Source of the DNA: Octopus sinensis
Lineage: Eukaryota
NCBI RefSeq assembly: GCF_006345805.1
Contig: NC_043008.1
Coordinates: 60,698,001 to 60,762,000, forward strand
DNA length: 64,000 nucleotides
Direction of reading: 5' to 3'
Of the stretch, positions 53,288-64,000 are shown piece by piece. How positions within the stretch are numbered: the first letter of the stretch is position 1; each line of letters starts with the position of its first letter. The notes beneath the pieces are model-generated. The model did not search any database and had not been told where the DNA came from. It was given only the letters and a program-made list of their open reading frames with translations. The translations under genes were made by a program, and so were the position numbers.

Positions 53288-54112
53288 CTTTTCTGCTCTA
53301 GGCACAAGATCCAAAATTTTGGGGTAGGGGGCCAGTCGATTAGATCGACTTCAGTACGGAACTGGTACTTAATTTATTTGCCCTGGAAGGATGAAAGGCA
53401 AAGTCAACCTCGGCGGAATTTCAACTCAGAACGTAAAGACAGACGAAATATCGCTAAGCATTTCGCCCGGAGTGCTAACATTTCTTATTTCTTTATTGCC
53501 CACAAGGGGCTAAACATAGAGTGTACAAACAAGGATAGACAAGGAGATTAAGTCGATTACATCGACCCCAGTGTGTAATTGGCGCTTAATTTATCGACTC
53601 CGAAAGGCAAAGTCGACCTCGGCGGAATTTGAACCCAGAACGTAACGGCAGACGATATACCTGTTTCTTTACTACCCACAATGGGCTAAACACAGAGAGG
53701 ACAAACAAGGACAGACAAACGGATTAAGTCGATTATATCGACCTCAGTGCGTAACTGGTACTTTTTTAATCGACCCCGAAATGATGAAAGGCAAAGTCGA
53801 CCACGGCGGAATTTGAACGTAGACCGTAACGGCAGACGAAATACTGCTAAGTATTTTGCCCGGCGCGCTAACGTTTCTGCCAGCTCGTCGCCTTAATATT
53901 TCTTTTCTATTCTAGGCACAAGGCCCAAAACTTTTGTGGGAGGGGGCTAATCGAATAGATCGACTCAGTACGGAACTGGTACTTAATTTATTTACCCCGA
54001 AAGGATGAAAGGTAAAGCCGACCTCGGCGGAATTTGAACTCAGAACATAACGTCAGACGAAATAACGCTAAGCATTTCGCCCGGCGTGCTAACGTTTCTG
54101 CCAAGCTCGCTA
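53288..54112 (-). mobile_element. Array of four SINE family B units with mixed tail types
   Basis: Units about 53288-53480, 53481-53661, 53662-53895 (headed) and 53896-54112 (headed). Confidence 0.9.
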
Positions 54113-54549
54113 CTTTAGACGCTATAAATATTACAATGGAAATGTCTTGCTGACACTAGCATAACCTATCTTCTAGAGACCTTGACCCTACATGAAGTGA
54201 AAAATTATCTTCCTTTTTTCTTGCTCTGTGGTTATTAATTACAATGGGGCAATTGTTATCTTTGCGATGTGATATGTACGCAAAATCTACTAGTTGCCGC
54301 GTAGAACTTTTGGATAACCTACGAATACCGATGTCATGTGATATTTATTTTCTTAAGGAATGGCAATAATATCTTGCTTTGTCCTCAATCCATGACTGAG
54401 TGTTATTATTCTCTGTTAAATGCACGTGTGTATTTGTTTGTGTTTGTATTTGTAAGTAGAAGCCAAATTGTATTTAAGTACTTACTCTTAGCTTATCAGC
54501 TGAGGTCCATCGATTTATGAATGTTTCTCGTTTCGCTCCGTTTTTAAAC

Positions 54550-55150
54550 AGAACTTAATGTTGTTCTGTATACCCTTTCTTTATTTTAATTCGCTTAATC
54601 AAAAATTGTTATCCGAAACATGATTCCCTCGTTGGAGTTTGATAGGTATCATCAAACTGATGCTCAAATAATTTGGATCTTCAGGACTCACGTGTGTAAT
54701 TCTGAATGGGGAGAGTACTTAGAAGAGATCGAATAACTTTAATGATGTGTGTGGTATACATAAACACAGGTGAGAAGTTCCAAACAGTGTTCAATACAGC
54801 AGGAGGTAATTGTTTATGGCTTTTGTAACCTGCACCTCACATATGGTTTCTCCAATTTCACATTCACGATCATCACACTGGATACAAAATATCATATCGT
54901 GAACGCGTATCTTGGATATCTAGATGTAAGGTACCAGTTGCAATAATCATATGTTTAGTAATATAAAGATAATTAAAAAATTTTTCTAACTTGTCCTGCG
55001 CCAAGGTAGAGAAGGAATTTTATGGAATCACACTGTATTTTTTGTTTTAGGAAGTTGGAAAATGAGACAGTCGTTTGCTTTAATAATTTTGCGCATTTGA
55101 ATGGCTGGTATTTGTTACTTTGTGAACCCACTAGTCTGGAATACATCAGA
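54550..55150 (-). mobile_element. Penelope-like element 3' fragment (GIY-YIG remnant)
   Basis: Minus strand DMIFCIQCDDRECEIGET (54898-54845) matches the LIY.I.C..C...YIGET pattern; downstream RES motif. Boundaries approximate. Confidence 0.65.
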
Positions 55151-56379
55151 CAAGACAGCAATAATAATAATAATGCAAAAACAAATCCCCAAAAACCAAA
55201 AAACAAAAGAGAACGAATAGCCACGGATAATCTTTGATCAAATATCTGATTCATCATGGCCGATTCGAGGATAAAACAAGAAAAATAGCTACAGTGACTT
55301 CCTAGTGTATATCACTCCAAGATCACGCTACATGCAATATATATGGATTATCAATTAGTTTTTCCCCACGTGATTATATGCATATGCAATACATCAAAGT
55401 AGCTAGAAACGGGCTAAAACAAGAGACTGTCGGCCAAAATGCGTATTTGTATGAAGTTCCTTGCATTACAGCTTGTTAAAATGTTAGAAGGGTAGACGTG
55501 GAGTGGGACGGAACGAAATTTGCCGTTCACCCTTCTGGAATTTAGCATGATTATGTTCAATAATTATATATTGGGATCGATTAAGTTTATTATTGATCTG
55601 GCTTGAAACATCTCCACATCGACTTTCTTTGTAACTAATGAAAGGTTACCAAATACATATATATGTGTGTATGCATGTGTGTGTGTGTATTTTTTATGTA
55701 TTTGTCTGTGTTGTGTGTATGTGTGTGTGTGCGTGCGTGTGTACTTGTAATTCTGTCAACATTTAATTTTAAATGCAAAGGAACTCAATCGTGATGTATG
55801 GAAATCAAACATTTTGTCTCTCTCGCTTTCTATTGCTTGCTTACTCTCTCTCTCTCTTTCTATTGCTTCTTCGCTCTCTCTGTCTCTGTCACTGTCTCTC
55901 TCCTCTCTCACACACATACTCACACATACACACGGGCTGCTGACAGCTCACATATGCACTCGCACAACTCCACACAACAGGCGGAAAGAGGTACGGAGCC
56001 TTTGGAGACCGGGACAGCCAGTCTATAACAACCAAATGAGAATTCCGTTAAGAGTCGACTTGACTATCGAATACTCAGTAACTAAATTAATGGGGAGGAA
56101 ATTTAGCTGATTGGCCATCTGAATGGCCTTCGTCAAAATGTCCGCTGCTGTACTTTAGTGATATATCTCAAATTCAGAGCCAAACAAGGAAAATCTTTAA
56201 ATTCGCTTAACCTGCTACCAACAGCATCCATATATCCTCGAATTTCTTACTACAGTCTTGGTTAACCGGGAAAAAAAACACCTACGCAGTCGACAATGTA
56301 GCCATCATGCTAATCCCTAAAGAGGTGGGTTGGTCATGGTTGGAATGTTATTTTATTTTCATACCTCATGTGGCATGTG

Positions 56380-56515
56380 CCCGTATTTACGTTCTGAGTT
56401 CAAATGCCGCCGAGGTCAACCTTGATGTCATTCTTTGCGGGGTTGAACATTGGGTTCGATGATATACACTTATTCCCTCCACCGAAATTGTTGGCTTTAT
56501 GCCAAAATCTGAAAT
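56380..56515 (+). mobile_element. SINE family B, diverged partial copy
   Basis: TACGTTCTGAGTTCAAATGCCGCCGAGGTCAAC...GCCAAAATCTGAAA. Confidence 0.7.
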
Positions 56516-56576
56516 CTCCCGAGCGTATACAGATATATATATATATATGTATGTATGTATATATGTATGTATATAG

Positions 56577-56860
56577 ACACATGGCCTAGTGATTAGAGCA
56601 GCGGGCTCGCGGTCGAGGGTTCGCGGGTTCGAATCTCAAACCGAGCGAGGTGTGTGTGTTTATGAGCGAAACACCTAAGCTCCACGCGGTTCCGGCAGAA
56701 AGTAATGGCGAACTTCTGCTGACTCTTTCGCCACAACTTTCTCTCACTCTTTTCTCCTACATCTTGCAGCTCACCTGCGACGGACCGGCGTCCCGTGTAG
56801 GTGGGAAACCTATACGCCCTGTGAGCCAGGCGTGAATCAAGAAGCAACAAACAACAATAG
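56577..56860 (+). mobile_element. SINE family D, near full-length
   Basis: TGGCCTAGTGATTAG (box A), GGTTCGAATC (box B); possible 7-bp TSD ATAGACA (56573-56579, 56857-56863). Confidence 0.9.
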
Positions 56861-57166
56861 ACATCTATATATGAGTTGAGATAGATAGATAGAGAGAGAG
56901 ACAGAATACCAAATGTTTGCTAAAAGTATATATTCAAAATGCACCACCAACCTCAGTATCACAAGGGTGTACCATATGAAGGGGGGGGTCTACGCGTATG
57001 AATTGAAACCATATCGTTGCATTCATTATGAAAGTGGCCCTAGAATATGTAAGCCTCGGGTTTAGCCCAGCCTGGATTACAGAAATGTTATAGTTTTAAT
57101 GATGTTTCAATATATGAGGGTGTAAACATAAGGACAGATAGTAAAATGTATGTAAGGACATATAAT

Positions 57167-57472
57167 GAGCCCCTCGGTCATGAATGACCATGGGATTGCA
57201 CCTAGAATGTCACCCTCCGTGGCACAAGTCTGGGTAAGGTTGTTTATGGAAGACCGGCAGTTGCCCATGCATACCAGCCTTTTCTCTCCATGCCACCGAT
57301 GTTATCCAAGAGAAAGGTGAAGGCCGATACACCTTGGTGCCAGTGGCGTCACGAGCAATGTGAAATAAAATGTCATGCTCAAGAGCACAACACACAGCCC
57401 GGTCTGGGATTCGAACTCGCTACCTCATGATTGTGAGCCCGGTGCTCTAACCACTGAGCCATGCGCCTTCAC
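57167..57472 (-). mobile_element. SINE family E (tRNA head with CORE-like segment)
   Basis: Minus strand TGGCTCAGTGG (box A), GTTCGAATCC (box B), then TTGAGCATGACATTTTATTTCACATTGCTC. Confidence 0.85.
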
Positions 57473-57879
57473 CATATAGTTACTGTAAAAAGTGTAATGA
57501 GAAAAAGGTGAAATCACCATAATTACAAGGGAAACTGACAATGCTTGTGTGTACATGTGAACGTGTTAGTGTGTGTGTGTGCTTACATAACGGTATGTTA
57601 AATGTTTATGCGCCATTTAACATCATTATTTAATTACGTATTTACGAGACCATGTATACGTATGCGTGCGTGTATGTGTGAGCGTTTTCATGTGCATGCA
57701 TGCGTGTGTATACAAATTTTCTGTGCATGCGTGTGTGCATGCGTGCGTGTGTGTATGTGTGAGCCTGTATGTGTACGCATGTATGAGCGTGCCAGCACGT
57801 GTAATTTGTGAGTGTGTTTGTATGTGTATGGAAACGTGTGTGTGTATACGCATCTATGTACATTTAAACTAATTTTTTT

Positions 57880-58252
57880 ATTCTTTTTCTGGTTTCAGTC
57901 ATTTGACTGCGGCCATGCTGGAGCATAAGCCTAGTACTTATTCTATCGGTTTTTGTGTCGAACCGCTATGTGACGGGGACGTAAAGCACTAACATCGGTT
58001 GCCAAGAAATAGTGGTGATGGGGCAAACACGGACACAACCACACACATAAAAATGTATACACACACACACATATATATAACACATACAGGATAAGCTTCT
58101 TTCAGTTTCCGTCTACCAAATACACTCACAAGGCTTTGGTCGGCCCGAGGCTGTAGCAGAAAACACTTGCTCAGGGCACCACGCGGTGGGGCTGAACTCG
58201 GAATCATATCGTTGGGAAGCAAGTTTCTTACACTGAGTTACGCCTGCGTCTT
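57880..58252 (-). mobile_element. SINE family A copy with a deletion in the 3' module
   Basis: Colinear with the other A copies. Confidence 0.88.
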
Positions 58253-58593
58253 AAGATGCATTGTACGTTTGTGTTTATAATTGTATGTGTCGTTGACTGT
58301 CTACAAATGTGCACGTGCATATGCGTGTACGTGTTACCGTTGTCATTTAACCCTAGGTCAAATGTGACTACTTAGACCTACAATAAAAGCACCACCAGTA
58401 CATGGAACCAACCTGTTTTTTCTTTCGTTCTGAAAGCATTGTATATCTAAGACTACAACACCAAATACATTTTGCCATGTTTCTAGATAGAATTGAATAA
58501 CCGAAGGAAATATAAACACTATTTCTAACAGTGTGTACGACCATGTAAAAGCTACCACTGTGATTCATATAAGCAGAAGTAGAGTCGGTATGA

Positions 58594-58632
<39 letters not shown>

Positions 58633-58690
58633 TGTGTAAATTCATGCGTTTCTCTCGATAAATGTTTGAACTTATACATATATCTATATC

Positions 58691-58734
<44 letters not shown>

Positions 58735-58789
58735 ATATAAATCTATATCTATGTGTATGTATATATAGATATTTATTTATTTATTTATT

Positions 58790-58968
58790 TATTTATTTAC
58801 TACCTTCAAGGGGCTAAACACAGAGGGGACAAACAAGGACAGACAAACGGATTAAGTCGATTACATCGACCCCAGTGCGTAACTGGTACTTAATTTATCG
58901 ACCCCGAAAGGATGAGAGGCAAAGTCAACCTCGGCGGAATTTGAACTCAGAACGTAACGGCAGACGAA

Positions 58969-58970
<2 letters not shown>
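58790..58970 (-). mobile_element. SINE family B headless unit
   Basis: Complete type-1 body ending at GACGAAAT, the multimer junction site. Confidence 0.92.
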
Positions 58971-59142
<172 letters not shown>

Positions 59143-59645
59143 GTTTGGTTGTACTTATAGCGTGTAAGAGTGTCTGTTTTTGTGTATATGATTGTGGAAA
59201 AATCAAAGAGATTAAAAGAAAATCGTAGACGAATACAAAATGATAGAGCGAGGAAAGTAGAGAGGCCGAGAAAGTAAAATGATTAAGTCGTACGTACACA
59301 TATATTTACGAACACGCAGACACACACACACACACACATTCGACTGACTCGGAAAAATATGGTATGTGTATATGTAGGTGTGTGTGTGTATATGTGTGTT
59401 AGTGATAGAGTGTACGCTCGTGTATATGTGTAATCTGCGTGTCCTAAGTGTGTAGTAGCAGCAACTGTGGAGAGAGAAATAGATTTATACACACGAATAG
59501 ATTCTCATATATTTCCATTTCATACTTAGCATAAATGCGTAAAGCACGTCACACATCCAGTCAGTCACTAACCGAATACTTAGATACATACATACATACA
59601 TACATACATACATACATACATACATACATACATACATACATGCAT

Positions 59646-59866
59646 CCTCTTTACTCTTTTAATTGTTTCGGTCATTTGACTGTGGCCATGCTGGAGCACC
59701 GCCTTTCGTCGAGCAAATCGACCCCAGGTCTTATTCTTTGTAAGCCTAGTACTTACTCTATCGGTCTCTTTTACCGAACCGCTAGGTTGCGGGGACGTAA
59801 ACACGGTTGTCAATCGATGTAGGGTGGACAAACACAGACACACAAACATATACACACACATACATG

Positions 59867-59905
<39 letters not shown>

Positions 59906-60117
59906 GTAAAGAGTAAAAGAGTAAAAGAGTAAAGAGTATATATATATATATATACGACGGGCTTCTCTCAGTTTTCGTCTACCAAATCCACTCACAAGGC
60001 TTTGGTCGGCCCGAGGCTATAGTAAAAGACACTTGCCCGAGGTACCACGCAGTGGGACTGAACCCGGAACCATGTGGTTCGTAAGCAAACTACTTACCAC
60101 CCAGCCATTCCTACGCC

Positions 60118-60120
<3 letters not shown>
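59646..60120 (-). mobile_element. SINE family A, full-length copy
   Basis: Colinear with the other copies; central region carries (AAAAGAGT)n within (TA)n. Confidence 0.92.
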
Positions 60121-60148
<28 letters not shown>

Positions 60149-60493
60149 CCAACGTAAACGGTTGTTCTGAGTTTAATTCTTACCGAGATCATCTTTGCCT
60201 GTTACTTTTTCGGGGTCGATGATATCGACTAAATACTAAATACTTCCCTTCAAAATTGCCTGCCTGGTGCTAAAATCAAGCATTATTAATCTATATGACA
60301 TTGAAAAGTCTTCCTTCCGTCATTCAATACAACAGAAACGATCACACATAGACACGCGCACTCACACACACACACACATGCAGGTATATGCATTTACTCA
60401 AATGCGCGCATGGTGCGTAGCCAGAGAGATGGGTAGATAAATAGATAAATATCCATCGATAAACGTTGGTCAGCAAAGAAAGAAAAAAGGTCA

Positions 60494-60762
60494 TTGTTTT
60501 TTGTTTGTTCCTTCTCAAGCCATGCCTGGCTCATAAGGGCCGGTTTCCCGGTTCCTTGGCGTATAGGTTCCCCACCTGGACGGCACGCCGGTCTGACGCA
60601 GGGGAGCTGCAAGTTGCAGGAGGAAAGAGTGAAAGAAAGTTCTGGCAAAAGAGTTAGCAGAATTTCTCCATTACTTTCTGCCGGAGTTGCGTGGAGCTTA
60701 GGTCTGAGATTCGAACCCGCGGTCCGGCGACCGCTGTTCTAACAACTAGGCCATGTGCCTCC
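60494..60762 (-). mobile_element. SINE family D copy with a 5' internal deletion
   Basis: Colinear with 56577-56860. Confidence 0.88.
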
Positions 60763-60949
60763 ATATATGGTACTGGTTATATATTGGAATTAATGTTTTG
60801 TGACTGCATTACTTAGAGGTTCAGAGACGCAAAAGCCTATTCGAAAAGATACACGTTGCGAATGTAAGCTGCAAAGCATCCACATTTAGAAAAGTAGATT
60901 AAAAAATATTGGATAATTTATAAAGTTCTTTCCTATTAGTTAGTTTGGT

Positions 60950-61140
60950 TTACATGATAGGGGTCTGTAGTTGGGGCAACTATCTTTTGATTGCCAGACA
61001 CCCCAACAGCTGTTGAATAGGTGACAATTCTGACACAGTATATAAGAGTAGTCTTTCTTATTTTGATTGGGAATCCGTATTGAAATATCTTCGACAGAGT
61101 AATTTGATGAAAAATCTGTGCCTACGGATGGACCCAACTA
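60950..61140 (-). mobile_element. Possible LINE RT fragment
   Basis: Only the SKDSCPNYRPLSC motif (cf. NYRPI) supports this. Confidence 0.3.
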
Positions 61141-61221
61141 AACCTATTCCCTGAGTTTGTTAAAAAGACATAAACTCAGTTCAATCCTCCATTCAATCTA
61201 GATGCCTCCTACAGCAATGAT

Positions 61222-61373
61222 GAACAGCTTGCTTCCCAATCACATGGTTCCGGGATCAGTCCCACTGCATGACATCTTGGGCAAGTGTCTTCTACTATAG
61301 CTTCGGTCTGACCAAAGCCTTGTGAGAGGATTTGGTAGACGGAAACTGAAAGAACTGAAACAAGTAAAAGAGT
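61222..61373 (+). mobile_element. SINE family A, internally deleted fragment
   Basis: The 5' half is joined directly to ACTGAAACAAGTAAAAGAG. Confidence 0.85.
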
Positions 61374-63592
61374 GTATCTATCATTAGCCCCTATTTAGCA
61401 AGGGCACATAAATACCATACGCTTTTGAAGATACATATGTTTGTTAAGCAATATCTCTTATAACATCGCACGGCACCACAAGAAAGATCATACACCCGAA
61501 CAGCCTCTATTCTATGCAGTTACCCTGCTGTTCTCAGTCCACCTGTCCAGGGACAATGAAATGCTCTAGTATGGTGGATGACGATGACTGTTACAAGTCA
61601 TTCAAAAATGTTATTTGTGTATTGCAGAGAATCTACATCTTACTGACTAACATTCCGCACCGTGTTGACCTAAGGTACAGTATAATTCAAGGCGACATTC
61701 ATTGTATCAGGCAAATTGAAGAAAAAGGAAGTTCTCGGCATCATAGCCGACATGTACCGTACTAAATCTGTGAAAATAGACTTGGACACCGCTATCTACT
61801 GAAGTGAACAACGAACATCAAAAACTGTATTCTCCTAACTGTGCTGATTGTATCTACTATTGCACTTTGGATATAGATTGCGTTTGTCTAATTTAAATCT
61901 GGTATGCTCTGGCATTACAACAATAGTCTTTCTCGAAACAAAATGACAGCTCATTTAATCATTTAACTAGATATTTTACACACGTAAAGATATATCAGGA
62001 TTCACTAATTTATCTCAACTCTACTACAGTTGCTACACAGGCATCTAATAGGAATTTATAAGACTAGAAAACGCCACTCCAGTCACCATCCCACTTGCGC
62101 TCACTTTCTCACGTCATTTTTTGTTTCTTTGCTGAATTATGGCAAACCTTTGTATATATTATGAAACCAGCACATTGCTAACTAATTAATCACCCACCGG
62201 TTAACCAATCGTATGATCTCCATCTACACTTAGAGGAATATATGAAAAGATTTCTGGTAAAATTCCTGGTGATGGTTGTTTTCGTTAAATATTTCGAAAT
62301 AAATTTTGTAAATGTAGATAATTTCTTATAGTGTGTGTTGTGTGTGGTATGGGATACTACACACTATCATCTGTACAGAATATCACATGGCATCCCGACC
62401 GGATATCATGGTATATCTTGTTCAATTTTGAGTGAACCTTCTATCAGTTAGAGTACAAAAAGGCCATTTCAATAGAACGTGCTGTGAAACCTGACTTATA
62501 GTTTTATAAAAGGAACCTACACATTGTTCATTATACTCTTTGATATGCTATGTCAGAATGCAAAGTCGATGTATTACATCTAAAATTTCTTTGTTTGCGA
62601 AAATACTCACTTATGGCTGTTCTGGGATCGAAACGACAACGGCAGTGATCACATCTTATAACATCTCACCTTCATTATAAGATTGAGATTCTAAATGAGC
62701 ACCCAGCTTGCTAGGGATAACAGACAATTCTCCTGTCACCACAATGAGACATAATTCTTTTTACGGAAAAATACTTCATAGAATGTAGCTCAGGTTATGT
62801 CAAGCCTGGTGGCAGGGAAGACGGATATCAATGCTTTTCAATATGGCATTATCACCTTCTAGTAAAGGGTAAGGTAATATTATATATATATGGAGATTAA
62901 AGATAAAACAGACGGTAGGGTCGATAGATGAATCTTTATGACGTTTCTGGTATTTGACTTTTATTTTGAATATCGACCTTTGAAATGTTTATTTATGTAA
63001 TTATAAGAAACTGTTTGATAGCTACAATTGCAAAAAAAGCAATAAAAATCGACTTCGAAATATGAATGAACAAACAAAACCGAATATATACCACTTAGGC
63101 AAACGGTATTTGCTTATGATAGGGTGGTCCTACGGTAAGTAGGAATTTACATGCGTCAAACTAATAATGAAACTAATACCTGGAACTGGTCTCATATTAA
63201 GTGTACCTTTAAAAAATATGATGGATACGATGAATTGTAGGGAAAGGGCCAGCGAAAATGTGCTTGTTGGCAAAATCTAAGGGTCACTGTTAAAGCTGTG
63301 TGAGAAGTTTAGGTTTTCGTCATAGATATGTACGATCGGGACTGATTTGGATTTAAACATCAAAACCAATTACTACATGAACGCCACCTCAACCACTCTG
63401 CTACTACCAATACTGAAATAGCCAGAAATTCCGTTGTAGCTGTTATTACTACCAGAGCTAACAAGACCACCATACCAAGCGATTTACTAAAACAAAAATT
63501 GTCACATGGACATACCATCTCTGCACTAACATAAATAATGCGGTTATGAATGTTCTGTTGATTTTGATGATTAGCATTATTCGATCACATGT

Positions 63593-63682
63593 ACACTTGC
63601 CCAGGGTGCCACGCGGTGGGGCTGAACTCGGAATCATATTGTTGGGAATCAAGCTTCTTACCACACAGCTACGCCTGCGCCT
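63593..63682 (-). mobile_element. SINE family A, 5' fragment
   Basis: ACACTTGCCCAGGGTGCCACGCGGTGGGGCTGAACTC...CCACACAGCTACGCCTGCGCCT. Confidence 0.88.
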
Positions 63683-64000
63683 TAAGAGGCAGCGTACGTT
63701 TCTGTTTATAATTTTATGTGTCATTGACTGTCTACTAAATCAATGTTTAAGCGGTTGTGTATTCTACTGACAGGTGAACTCCTAACGAAATTCCCAAGCT
63801 CTAAGCCGAATCAGCGGGAGACAATATATATCAAGTTCGGATAGTTGAATTACGGGTACCATCTTGCCAGTCAACGAGATTTCACACCATCTCCTGTTAT
63901 GCAATTTCATTAACAAAGCTTAGTGTTCGTCTTGAGACTTTTCTAAATTCACTTCTCTAAAATGTCTCGCAATATCATTGAACCTTAAGCTACATGAGAG

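Noticed and set aside
63099-63134. 36-nt candidate exon with a strong ACG|GTAAGT donor
   Set aside because: The acceptor lacks a pyrimidine tract and no partner exons were found.

Overview
AT-rich, repeat-dense eukaryotic DNA, almost certainly intronic or intergenic. The SINE families resemble those I recall from Octopus (Octopodidae) genomes, so the taxon is an inference. No protein-coding host exon can be supported: nearly all ORFs in the supplied track are translations of (AT)n, (GT)n, (CA)n or (TTA)n microsatellites. Supported content: (i) dozens of tRNA-derived SINE copies in several families, some with clear target-site duplications (TSDs); (ii) an internally deleted mariner with both TIRs; (iii) a decayed R4/Dong-type non-LTR reverse transcriptase (RT); (iv) decayed Penelope-like elements (RT plus GIY-YIG); (v) MITE/hAT remnants and many microsatellites. 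Three things stand out. First, one SINE family forms head-to-tail multimers of a constant 184-bp unit; one trimer is bracketed by a single 15-bp TSD, and the junction is a GAAATA-CC-TATTTC inverted repeat, which suggests repeated RT template jumping or a circular RNA intermediate. Second, a tRNA-headed element carries a minimal hammerhead-ribozyme core in its tail, and a second hammerhead-like repeat family occurs twice. Third, a 109-bp-arm inverted repeat with a third partial copy could form a long dsRNA hairpin. SINE family letters A-G are my own working labels.
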